A DNA stretch of 64,000 nt from Amoebidium appalachense (Eukaryota; Protista; Ichthyosporea). Within the stretch, counting starts at the first letter, position 1, and every line of letters starts with the position of its first letter. The position numbers and the translations under genes were made by a program. Shown in pieces: positions 1 through 11,563 of this stretch. The stretch lies in assembly GCA_963693365.1 (NCBI GenBank), contig CAVNZM010000002.1:10658328-10722327 (forward strand). The letters run 5' to 3'. The notes under the pieces are model-generated. The model did not search any database, was not told where the DNA came from, and saw only the letters and a list, made by a program, of their open reading frames with translations.

Positions 1-1278
1 ACAGACGGCGCACACCAACTTCCACAGCAGGTGACTCCTTGCGGGCCTTAGGGTCGGCGGCCAGCAGCAGATCCAGCATACGGGCAAGCGTCAGAGCCTC
101 CCGTTTGTTGCGGTAGCTGACCCAATCCGCCGCGTGGACAGCCGCAGTGACCGAGGCCTGGTCAGCCAAGGTTCTCTTGAGGTAGGAAGGGACCAGACGT
201 TCTTTGACGCGCAGGTTGACTTTGTCGCCGCTGGAGAGCAGATAACGGCTGGGGTTGGGTTTGGAACGGCCAGAGGAACGACGGCTGCGAGATGAACGAC
301 CGTAGCCACTGCTGCTGGAAGAAGAATCCTCACTCGACGATGTGGTGTCTTCACTACCCGTGTCGTACGCATAGACAGGCTCCTTGCCCTGTGCCCGCGC
401 AGACAGCGTGCTCAGCAGGCCGCCGGCAGAGGGCTTCTTGGGGCGACCAGACTGGGCAACAGAGAGGGCTTGCACTTGGGCAGAAAGCGCCTGCAGCTGC
501 TCTTGGACGTCTACACCGTCAGGACGCCGTTGGGGAGAGGCGACCCAGGTGGGGGGGAGGCACGGCCGCTGCGAGGAGTGCGACAGAGCAAGTGCAGCTG
601 GTCGGTGACTTTCCAACCGACCATCTCAGGGTCATCAAAAGCCACCGAGCGCGCCTTGAGGGCTGAAACCACACTGTTGACGGTTTCTGCCGGCAGGCTG
701 TTCCAGGGGAGGGCGTTGGACTGCAAAACAGCCAGACTTTTGAGACTTGTGTCGTCCGCATCGGTAGAGATCTCCAAAAGCTTTTCGAGGAGAGCGGCCC
801 CCTTGGCGACCAGAGCAGGAGGAGGGGCCATTGCAATGCTCACAAACCAGACTAGAGCACGAAAACTTGAAAACGAAGCCTGGAAAATGCAAAAAACGCG
901 GGAAAAACGACGCCGCAAAAAACGTCCGAGAACCAGCCTACACGCAATGGCGCGCACGCAAAACTCCTACCAGATGCTGCCGAAGCTAAGCGCGCGCTCC
1001 TGGGCAAAAAACTAGAGAAAAAACGAACAACAGCGCGAAAAACGGGGACTAGAGTTGCAAAAACTTACCTAAAAAAATTGGGCCTAAAGAGACCTAAACG
1101 CGCTCAGTAGCGCCGCAACTGACCTCCCTGGGGCCGCGCAAGCTCATTATTTAGTGCGGCTCACATTTGTGCCTATGGAAATATGAAGAAATGACTTAGA
1201 ACCTATCAAATCCATGAAATCTACCAAAATGGAATTTTTGCTGCACATCAACCAATGAAAACTTTTCACAAGTGGCTA
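1..1278 (-). mobile_element. Family 1 copy, 5' part (partial A, leader, frameshifted ORF1), runs off the window edge
   Basis: Aligns by eye with ~14820-16100; ORF1 is broken into several frames. Confidence 0.88.
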
Positions 1279-3158
1279 TCCGGCCCATCCGGAGCCGGTC
1301 CATCGACCCCTCCGGGGACCGGTGGGCACAGGGCCTAAACGGCCCTTTGGGGGTTCGGCACGCTGTTCTGTATATTATTTTCCTGTTGTTGCCTGCCACG
1401 TGCCCTTGATTAAATATGCCCCCTAATTTTTCTAAGGATTCCACAGCTATGCCACTTCATGTCTTTGCCGCCTCTGATTTGTTTCCTGCTACGGCCATTC
1501 CTGTGCCGGACCATTCTAGGCAAGACCGTCTACGGAGTCAACGCTGTCGGCAACGTCTGTCTCACCGCCTGAAGGGGGCAGCTCGTTGAGGGCACCAAGA
1601 CAACGGTTAGCCAAGGTAACCCCCTTCAGGCGGTGAGACAGACGTTGCCGATAGCGTTGACTCTGTAGACGGCCTTGCCCAGAAAGGTCACAGGAACGTG
1701 GCATAGCTGTGGAATCCTTAGAAAAATTAGGGGGCATATTTAATCAAGGGCAAGTGGCAGGAAACCACAAGAAAATAATATACAGAACCGCGTGCCGAAC
1801 CCCCAAAGGGCCGTTTAGGCCCTGTTGCCACTGGCCCCCGGATGGGTCGATGGACCGGCTCCGGATGGGCCACTGCCGGGACCGCGCCGAGCCCGGGTGA
1901 CTTCGGTGAGAGTCTCGGCTTGACGAACAGCCCGGGTGGCCAAGGCAGGGGGCAGGGGCAGGCTGCGCGCAGGGAGCTCCTCAAACTGCCCTGCAACAGC
2001 CCAGTCCCCGTTGGACTGATCAGCAGTCTGCACAGCCAACAGACGGCGCACACCAACTTCCACCGCAGGTGACTCCTTGCGGGCCTTAGGGTCGGCGGCC
2101 AGCAGCAGATCCAGCATACGGGCAAGCGTCAGAGCCTCCCGTTTGTTGCGGTAGCTGACCCAATCGGCCGCGTGGACAGCCGCAGTGACCGAGGCCTGGT
2201 CAGCCAGGTGCTCTTGAGGTAGGAAGGGGCCAGACGTTCTTTGACGCGCAGGTTGACTTTGTCGCCGCTGGAGAGCAGATAACGGCTGGCGTTGGGTTTG
2301 GAACGGCCAGAGGAACGACGGCTGCGAGAGGAACGACCGTAGCCACTGCTGCTGGAAGAAGATTCCTCACTCGACGATGGGGTGTCTTCACTGCCCGTGT
2401 CGTACGCATAGACAGGCTCCTTGCCCTGTGCCCGCGCAGACAGCGTGCTCAGCAGGCCGCCGGCAGAGGGCTTCTTGGGGCGACCAGACTGGGCAACAGA
2501 GAGGGCTTGCACTTGGGCAGAAAGCGCCTGCAGCTGCTCTTGGACGTCTACACCGTCAGGACGCCGCTGGGGAGAGGGCGACCCAGGTGGGGGGGAGGCA
2601 CGGCCGCTGCGAGGAGTGCGACAGAGCAAGTGCAGCTGGTCGGTGACTTTCCAACCGACCACCTCAGGGTCATCAAAAGCCACCGAGCGCGCCTTGAGGG
2701 CTGGAACAACACTGTTGACGGTTTCAGCCGGCAGGCTGTTCCAGGGGAGGGCGTTGGACTGCAAAACAGCCAGACTTTTGAGACTTGCGTCGTCCGCAAC
2801 GGTAGAGATCTTCAAAAGCTTTTCGAGGAAAGCTGCCCCCTTGGCGACCAGAGCAGGAGGAGGGGCCATTGCAATGCTCACAAACCAGACTAGAGCACAA
2901 ACACTTGAAAACGAAGGCTGGAAAATACAAAAAACGCGGGAAAAACGACGCCGCAAAAAACGTCCGAAAACCAGCTAAAACGCAATGTCGCGCACGCAAA
3001 ACTCTTACCAGATGCTGCCGAAGCTAAGCGCGCGCTCCTGGGCAAAAACAACTAGAGAAAAAACGAACAACAGCGCGAAAAACGGGGACTATAGTTGCAA
3101 AAACTTAACTAAAAAATTGGGCCTAAAGAGACCTAAACGCGCCCAGTAGCGCCGCAAC
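1279..3158. mobile_element. Rearranged family 1 fragments: ORF1/ORF2 junction on + (1281-1580), then a minus-strand ORF1 copy (1581-3158)
   Basis: 1281-1580 matches ~19420-19716; 1581-3158 matches ~14325-15947 with small deletions. Confidence 0.85.
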
Positions 3159-3162
3159 TCTG

Positions 3163-6100
3163 TCTGCCACATGCCCTTGATTAAACATGGCCCCTTATTT
3201 TATAAGGATTCCACAGCTATGCCACGTCATGTCTTTGCCGCCTCTGATTTGTTTCCTGTTACGGCCATTCCTGTGCCGGACCATTCTAGGCAAGACCGTC
3301 TACAGAGTCAACGCTGTCGGCAACGTCTGTCTCACCGCCTGAAGGGGGCTGGCTACCTTGGCTAACCGTTGTCTTGGTACCTTCAACGAGCTGTGGGCAG
3401 GCGGCCCTTGCCCATTCCCGACCCAGTTGGTGAACAGTCACCACCATGCCCTGTGGACCTTTGTCCTTAGGGTCAGTTACGATGCTATACGCGCGGGTGT
3501 CTACGACGATCAGCCTGCGAGTAGTGTCTTGGCTGCGTTCCCCGCGGCTTACCCTGTATTGACAGGATGGCTACCTCTCACGGCGGCAAATGCCGTTTTG
3601 CCACCCCCCTGGGGTTGGAGCCACAGTGGACGTGTTACAGTTTTTGTCTCCTACACTGCAGCCGTTTTTGGCCTACCGCGACGGCGGCCTTCTCAAGCCT
3701 GTTCCGTCGACCCGTGCAGAGCTGCGCCGCATCCGACCGGCGCATCACCTTCACAGTCGGGAATACGGTCCCCTGCTTCTTCGGCTTCAAGACGGCCGGA
3801 TGGTGCACTATTTCGAGGCGGAGGAAAAACCAATGGCCATCAATGGGCTGTTTGGGGTCCCCAAAGACACCAGAGCCCGCGTAATTTTTGACGGCCGCCG
3901 TGGCAACCTGTTATTTGCCCGTGATCATCCTGCCCTCAAAGCACCTGCCCAACCATGCCGATTTTGCCGATCTGTTGCTGGGACCTGAGGATTGCCTCTA
4001 TTTTGGCAAGTCGGACATGGACAACCAGTTCCATCGTCTTCTTGCCCCCGAGTGGCTGTGGCGGTACTTCGGATTGCCGCCTGTGTCTTCGAAGGCTGTT
4101 GGCCTTTCTGGACCCGACCGGCTTGTGTACCCGGCCCTCAAGACCGTGCCCATGGGCTGGGTGCATTCTGTGCTTGTGGCTCAAGACGTCCATGGGCAGT
4201 TAGTTGGCTGACCGAGCTGGCATGCCCCGCATTGAGCGCCCCTGTGTGATAGTGCCACGGCCTGTGGAGGCCAAGCAGCATGCCCTGTATGTGGACGACT
4301 GTGGCTGGGTCGGCACAGATGCCATCGCCATCAATCGTCAGAGTGAATCTTATCATGGCGTCACCGGCCCGGCTGGTCTTCCCTCCAACTCAAGAAGGAT
4401 GTGGCTGCTGGTTCGTCGTCCTCTATGGTGCTGCTAGGCCTTGAAATGCATTGCTCTGGGATTTTGCGCCCGTCTAATGCTTCATTGTGCCGTCTGGTGG
4501 CGGAAACCCAGGCCGTGTTGCGTCGTGGTGTCGTCACGCAGCTCCGTTTGCAGCAGTTGCTTGGTGGTTGGGTGTGGACGGCACTGCTGCAGCGGCCACT
4601 TTTGTCGGTTCTAAGCGCCGGCTAAAGTTTTGTGGAGCAGCTGGGGGGTCGGGAACAGCCCCTTCCACCGCCCGTGGTGTGGGAGCTTCAGGCGTTGTGT
4701 GCTTTGGCCCCGTTGATGCGTTGTGATTTGCGTTCTGGGTTTGCTAGCACCATGTTCTGCACTGATGCTTCCTTGTTGGGTGGTGCAGTGGTGTCCCGGG
4801 TGCTTCCAGCAGCGCTTCTCCGCCAAGTGCTGCCTCACTGCAACCGGCGTGGCCACTACAGCCAGCTGTCTGGTCCCGTGCACGAGCCAAGCCCGTCCAC
4901 CCCCCCGGCACCTATCTGGGCAGTTGTTGGTGGCCGGTGGACCACCAACATCAGTCATCGTTGGCGCCACTGCCACCACATCAACATTCTGGAGGGAGAA
5001 GCCTTGCTCCTGGGGCTTCGTCGATTAGGTCGGTCTACGGCTGCCCAGGGCTCCCACTACCTTTGGGGCCTTGATTCGACCGCGCTGCTTGGGGCTGTTG
5101 CTAGGGGTTGGGTCGTTCAGCATCCCGACGCCTTAATCGTGAATGCCGCCAGGTTGCTGCCTACACGCTTGCCCTCGACATTTGTTTGTATTGTGTGTGG
5201 CTGCTCCAGCCCACAATCCTGCAGATGGCCCCTCGCGGTTTTCTTTTCCTTTCTCGTATGATGTTCTTCGTGCCAAGTTCCAAGCGGCATGTGACTCCCT
5301 CGGCCTCAACGAGTATGGGTTCCATCTTCACAGTCTTGGCCATGGTGGTGCCTCGAGAGACTACGTCAGGGGTGTTTCGGTAGAGACAATTGCTCTGCGT
5401 GGTCGGTGGATAACGCATGCCTCCCTCCGCCGGTATGTGCAGGCCGGCCAGTCTCTTGTTCTTTCTATTTGGGTGCCTGCGTCACTCCTTGCACGGGCTG
5501 CAGCGCTGGGTCAGTCACCCACGGCATGGTTCGTTCCTTCCCGTGCCAGATAGGGAGTGGTGGAGCACACCTGTGCTTGCTTGTGAGATTGATCCACAGG
5601 CACCGGCTCATGTATCCCCTTGCTGGGGCTGGTAAAGACGACGTTGGCATAAGAATATTTAGTTTGTAAACGTGTTTTCTTTGCAGGAGAATAAGATAGC
5701 CCTGTTGGAGTGAAATTGTGTGTTGCGAGTGTGCTGTAGAATTCGTAGTAGTGGCATGTTGTTGGCCTTGGTGTTTTTGAGGTGTGTGCAAAGTTTCCGG
5801 CTGCTAGCATTTTTATTTAGGGAGCTGAAGCTGTTTTTATGTTCTGTGGGATATGCCATACGGATATATTGATGAGTGTGAGTTATATCTAGTCCGAAAT
5901 GGGCGGCAATTGATTTGGTCTTTGTGATCTAGGGGTTTTAGCCACTTGTGAAAATTTTTCTTTGGTTGATGTGCAGCAAAAATTCCATTTTGGTAGATTT
6001 CATGGATTTGATAGGTTCTAAGTCATTTCTTCATATTTCCATAGGCAAAAATGTGGGCCGCGCTATATAATGAGCTTGCGCAGCCCCAGGGAGGTCAGTT

Positions 6101-6230
6101 GCGCCGCCACTGAGCGCGTTTAGGTCTCTTTAGGCCCAATTTTTAAGCTAAGTTTTTTGCCCACCCACCACACCCTTGCCTATTTAGGCACTAGGCTACG
6201 TTTTTTGAGCATGTTTCTGTATGACATTTG
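3163..6230 (+). pseudogene. Decayed family 1 copy: frameshifted RT/RNase H, YR core deleted, followed by B1, A and spacer
   Basis: RT motifs are spread over several frames; at ~5243 the RNase H end is joined directly to FPFSYDVLRAKF of the YR C-terminus. Confidence 0.88.
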
Positions 6231-7026
6231 TAATTCTTTTTTCATTCTTTGGCCCACTGTTGTGCCTAACCATTTCTTGTTTTTCAAGTTTTGGATCTTG
6301 CGCCAGCCCTACCTCCGTCGTAGCCTGGCTCGCCACTATGACGTTCCTTTTCTTTCGGCGGTACCTTGGTTTGATCGCGCTGGTTCGTCCTCCTACCACG
6401 GGTCCCTCGGTAGTAGGCCGCGCTATAAAATGAGCTTGCGCGGCCCCAGGGAGGTCAGTTGCGGCGCTACTGAGCGCGTTTGGGTCTCTTTAGACCCAAT
6501 TTTTTAGCTAAGTTTTTGCAACTCTAGTCCCCGTTTTTCGCGCTGTTGTTCGTTGTTTCTCTAGTTTTGTTTGCCCAGGAGCGCGCGCTTAGCTTCGGCA
6601 GCATCTGGTAAGAGTTTTGCGTGCGCGCCATTACGTTTTAGCTGGTTTTCGGACGTTTTTTGCGGCGTCGTTTCTCACGCGTTTTTGCATTTTCCAGGCT
6701 TCGTTTTCAAGTTTTCGTGCTCTAGTCTGGTTTGTAGCATTGCAATGGCCCCTCCTCCTGCTCTGGTGGCCAAGGGGGCCGCTCTCCTCGAAAAGCTTTT
6801 GGAGATCTCTACCGATGCGGACGACGCAAGTCTCAAAAATCTGGCCGTTTTGCAGTCCAACGCCCTCCCCTGGAACAGCCTGCCGGCAGAAACCGTCAAC
6901 AGTGTGGTTTCAGGCTCGGTGGCTTTTGATGACCCTGAGATGGTCGGTTGGCAAGTCACCGACCAGCTGCACTTGCTCTGTCGCACTCCTCGCAGCGGCC
7001 GTGACTCCACCCCACCTGGGTCGCCC

Positions 7027-7626
7027 TGTCATGTGCTGAGCTGATTCGTATTAGTTTGCTTCTATATTTTGTGTTTTGGTGAGTTAATTTCGGGGGTTTT
7101 CTTGCATAGTGATGCCGGGGTCTAAATGGGGTATGAGGAGATTAATCAGTTGTATGGGGAGAATCTGATGCAGCGGCGGCTGATTGTTTGGTGCGCGCGT
7201 GCATGCCCCATGCCTCTGCGTACTCTCCATGTTAAATGTTGTATTGCTTCTTGCTGTGTGCGTGGCGAGACCCATGTTGCCTGCTGGCGTGTGTGTATGC
7301 TTGTATGTGAGTAAACGTGTGTACGTGTTGTAGTGCTGTAGGGGTGTCTGAGGTCGCGGTAGCCAATGGTGTGGAGTGCGTGTAGTCTGTGGGGGAGGGA
7401 GTGTTGTGATTGGCTGAATGTCACTGTGGTATTTGTCTGGCCAGTGGGCCGCGTGTCTGTGAAGTGTCTCGCGGGGTCGCGGGCTTTTCGAAGTTCTTCG
7501 AAGAACACAAAAAACTCGCTTCCCACCCAACTCAAAGAAAAGTTTATACGTATATACAGTTTCAAGCCCCTTTAAGCGTGCAGTTAGTTAGAGTAGTTCG
7601 TATACACTCTGTTTGTAGCCACGACA
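7027..7626. mobile_element. Solo LTR (600 bp) of an LTR retrotransposon
   Basis: Begins TGTCATG and ends CACGACA (TG...CA, imperfect inverted termini). Flanked by a 5-bp duplication CGCCC (7022-7026, 7627-7631); removing it restores the ORF1 sequence. Confidence 0.85.
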
Positions 7627-9933
7627 CGCCCTCTCCTCAGCGGCGTTCTGACGGTGTAGACGTCCAAGAGCAGCTGCAGGCGCTTTCTGCCCAAGTGCAA
7701 GCCCTCTCTGTTGCCCAGTCTGGTCGCCCCAAGAAGCCCTCTGCCGGCGGCCTGCTGAGCACGCTGTCTGCGCGGGCAAAGGGGAGCCTGTCTATGCGTA
7801 CGACACTGGTAGTGAAGACACCCCATTGTCGAGCGAGGATTCTTCTTCCAGCAGCAGTGGCTACGGTCGTTCATCTCGCAGCCGTCGTTCCTCTGGCCGT
7901 TCCAAACCCAACCCCAGCCGTTATCTGCTCTCCAGCGGCGACAAAGTCAACCTGCGCGTCAAAGAACGTCTGGTCCCTTCCTACCTCAAGAGCACCTTGG
8001 CTGACCAGGCCTCGGTCACTGCGGCTGTCCACGCGGCGGATTGGGTCAGCTACCGCAACAAACGGGAGGCTCTGACGCTTGCCCGTATGCTGGATCTGCT
8101 GCTGGCCGCCGACCCTAAGGCCCGCAAGGAGTCAGCTGCTGTGGAAGTTGGTGTGCGCCGTCTGCTGGCTGTGCAGACTGCTGATCAGTCCAACGGGGAC
8201 TGGGCTGTTGCAAAGCAGTTTGAGGAGCTCCCTCTGTGCAGCCTGCCCCTGCCCCCTGCCTTGGCCACCCGGGCTGTTCGTCAAGCCAAGACCCTCGCCG
8301 AAGTCACCCGGGCTCGGCGCGGTCCCGGCAGCGGCCCATCCGGCGCCGGTCCATCGACCCATCCGGGGGCCGGTGGCCACAGGGCCTAAACGGCCCTTTG
8401 GGGGTTCGGCACGCGGTTCTGTATATTATTTTCTTGTGGTTTCCTGCCACGTGCCCTTGATTAAACATGTCCCCTAATTTTTCTAAGGATTCCACAGCTA
8501 TGCCACGTCATGTCTTTGCCGCCTCTGAATTGTTTCCTGTTCCGGCCATTCCTGTGCCGGACCGTTCTGGGCAAGGCCGTCTACGGAGTCAACGCTGTCG
8601 ACAACGTCTGTCTCACCGCCTGAAGGGGGTTACCTTGGCTAACCGTTGTCTTGGTGCCCTCAACGAGCTGTGGGCAGGCGGCCCTTGCCCATTCCCGACC
8701 CGGTTGGTGAACAGTCACCACCATGCCCTGTGGACCTTTGTCCTTAGGGCCAGCTACGATGCTATACGCGCGGATGTCTACGACGCTCAGCCTGCAAGTA
8801 GTGTTTTGGCTGCGTTCCCCGCGGCCTACCCTGTATTGACAAGATGGCTACCTCTCACGGCGGCAAATGCCGCTTTCCCACCCCCTGGGGTTGGAGCCAC
8901 AGTGGACGTGTTGCAGTTTTTGTCTCCTACACTGCAGCCGTTTTTGGCCCACTGCGACGGCGGCCTTCTCAAGCCTATTCCACCGACGCCTGCGGAGCTG
9001 CGCCGCATCCGATCGGCGCATCACGTTCCCAGTGGGGAATACGGTCCCCTGCTTCTTCGGCTTCAAGACTGCGTCATGGTGCACTATTTCGAGGCGAAGG
9101 AAAAACCACTGGCCATCAATGGGCTGTTTGGGGTCCCCAAAGACACCAGAGCCCGCGTCATTTTTGACGGCCGCCGTGACAACCTGTTTTTTGCCCGTGA
9201 TCATCCTGCCCTCAAGGTGCACCTGCCCAACCCTGCCGATTTTGCCGATCTGTTGCTGGGACCTGAGGATTGCCTCTATTTTGGCAAGTCGGACATGGAC
9301 AACCAGTTCCATCGTCTTCTTGCCCCCGAGTGGCTGTGGCGGCACTTCGGATTGCCGCCTGTGTTTTCGAAGGCTGTTGGCCTTTCTGGGCCTGACCGGC
9401 TTGTGTACCCGGCCCTCAAGACCGTGCCCATGGGCTGGGCATTCTGTGCTTGTGGCTCAAGACGTCCACGGGCAGTTGGCTGACCGAGCCGGCATGCCCC
9501 GCATTGAGCGCCTCTGTGCGATAGTGCCGCGGCCTGTGGAGGCCACGCAGCATGCCCTGTATGTGGACGACTGTGGCTGGGTCGGCACAGATGCCACCGC
9601 CATCAATCGTCAGCGTGACTCGTATCATGGCGTCACCGGCCCCGCTGGTCTTCTCCAACGTCAAGAAGGATGTGGCTGCTGGTTCATCGTCCTCTATGGT
9701 GCTGCTAGGCCTTGAAATGCATCGCTCTGGGGTATTGCGCCCGTCTGGTGCTTCCTTGTGTCGTCTGGTGGCGGAAACCCAGGCCGTGTTGCGTCGTGGT
9801 GTCGTCACACAGCTCCGTTTGCAGCAGTTGCTTGGTGGTCGGGTGTGGGCGGCACTGCTGCAGCGGCCGCTTTTGTCGGTTCTGAGTGCCGTCTACAGTT
9901 TTGTGGAGCAGCTGGGGGGTCGGGAACAGCCCC

Positions 9934-10479
9934 TTCTTGTGCCGTCACTCTTTACTCGCCCCAGCAAGGGGATAGATTACTTGCTGTGTCGTGTGTAGAT
10001 GCCTAGGCTGCACACACAAACACATGTGCTCTCCAAGGAGACACATTTTAGATGGCAGGCCATCACCACAGTCACTCAAGGGAGGGTGGGCGGGAAAAAC
10101 AAAATACTTAACTAGAGAAAACAACCGTTTACGGGCCTCAGGAGGCCCTGCCAACTTGCTAGACTAAGGACACATTCTGCTCAGGAGCAGTGCCAGCGAC
10201 TGAGAGGCCTACGAATCTGCGGGCTAGCGGTTTATATACACGCAGGATATGGCTCACAACATCCGATTGGCTACAGGGGAATGTAAAGACCAAATATGGC
10301 TAAACTTAAACAGGACCAATCATTGCACTTACATTTACGTACAGAGAAGTGATTGGCTAAGCCATACCTAGAGACTAACCAATCGGAATGCAAAGTAGCT
10401 GGCAGTTCGAATTCCACATGTCACTTCGTCGTCGTGGCTGCGGCCGTTCCTCAAAGAAAACCCGTTTAAAAACGAACCA
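9934..10479 (-). mobile_element. Non-coding mini YR element (~545 bp)
   Basis: Clean insertion in RNase H-proximal sequence at a TTC/GAA overlap. Starts with an A-like motif (AAACGGGTTTTCTTTGAGGA) and ends with a B-like motif (TATCCCCTTGCTGGGG...GGCACAAGAA). Confidence 0.82.
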
Positions 10480-10770
10480 TTCCACCGCCCGTGGTGTGGG
10501 AGCTTCAGGCGATGTGTGCTTTGGCCCCGTTGATGCGTTGTGATTTGCGTTCTGGGTTTGCTAGCACCATGTTCTGCACTGATGCTTCCTTGTTGGGTGG
10601 TGCAGTGGTGTCCCGGGTGCTTCCAGCAGCGCTTCTCCTCTAAGTGCTGCCTCACTGCAACAGGTGTGGCCACTACAGCCAGCTGTCTGGTCCTGTGCAC
10701 GAGCCAAGCCCGTCCGCCCCCCGGCACCTATCCTGGCAGCTGTTGGTGGCCGGTGGACCACCAACATCAG

Positions 10771-10866
10771 TTCTTATGCCAACGTCGTCTTTACCAGCCC
10801 CAGCAAGGGGATACATGAGCCGGTGCCTGTGGATCAATCTCACAAGCAGGCACAGGTGTGCTCCAC
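10771..10866 (-). repeat. B repeat (~95 bp) of family 1 (B2, element 3' end)
   Basis: GTGGAGCACACC...GGCATAAGAA recurs at 5560-5655, 11462-11556, 16389-16483, 20929-21025, 21149-21245 and in the +6080 duplicate. Confidence 0.93.
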
Positions 10867-10957
10867 AGGAGCAATGAAAAGAATGACAAATGTCATACAG
10901 AAACATGCTCAAAAAACGTAGCCTAGTGCCTAAATAGGCAAAGGGTGTGGTGGGTGG

Positions 10958-11461
10958 GCAAAAACTTAGCTAAAAAATTGGGCCTAAAGAGACCTAAACG
11001 CGCTCAGTAGCGCCGCAACTGACCTCCCTGGGGCCGCGCAAGCTCATTATAGAGCGCAGCCCACATTTTTGCCTATGGAAATATGAAGAAATGACTTAGA
11101 ACCTATCAAATCCATGAAATCTACCAAAATGGAATTTTTGCTGCACATCAACCAATGAAAAATTTTCACAAGTGGCTAAAACCCCTAGATCACAAAGACC
11201 AAATCGATTGCCGCCCATTTCGGACTAGATATAACTCAAACTCATCAATATATCCATATGGCATATCCCACAGAACATAAAAACAGCTACAGCTCCCTAA
11301 ATAAAAATGCTAGCAGCCTGAAACTTTGCAAACACATCAAACACACCATGGCCTACAACATTATACTACCACGAAGTTTACAGCACACTCGCAACACACA
11401 ATTTCACTCCAACGGGGCTATCTAATTCTCCTGCAAAGAAAACACGTTTACAAACTTAATA
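10958..11461 (-). repeat. A repeat (~500 bp) of family 1
   Basis: The same AT-rich block recurs at 5657-6160, 15884-16388, 17693-18197, 23773-24277 and 30398-30906, with partial copies at ~1040-1278, ~3100-3158, ~6415-6518, 20715-20837 and 26795-26917. Confidence 0.93.
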
Positions 11462-11563
11462 TTCTTATGCCAACGTCGTCTTTACCAGCCCCAGCAAGGG
11501 GATACATGAGCCGGTGCCTGTGGATCAATCTCACAAGCAGGCACAGGTGTGCTCCACCACTCC

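Larger units (their letters stand above)
6415..10770 (+). mobile_element. Decayed family 1 copy (A end, ORF1, RT/RNase H) carrying three later insertions
   Basis: ORF1 at 6745-8389 and RT at 8467-10770, interrupted by a solo LTR (7027), a mini-element (9934) and the minus-strand full-length copy (10771). Confidence 0.88.

Noticed and set aside
6055-6120. GC-rich hairpins at the 3' end of A as a tRNA or snRNA gene
   Set aside because: Stems exist (GGGCCGCGC/GCGCGGCCC in some copies; TCAGT/ACTGA), but there is no cloverleaf or recognisable family and the first stem is mismatched in several copies.
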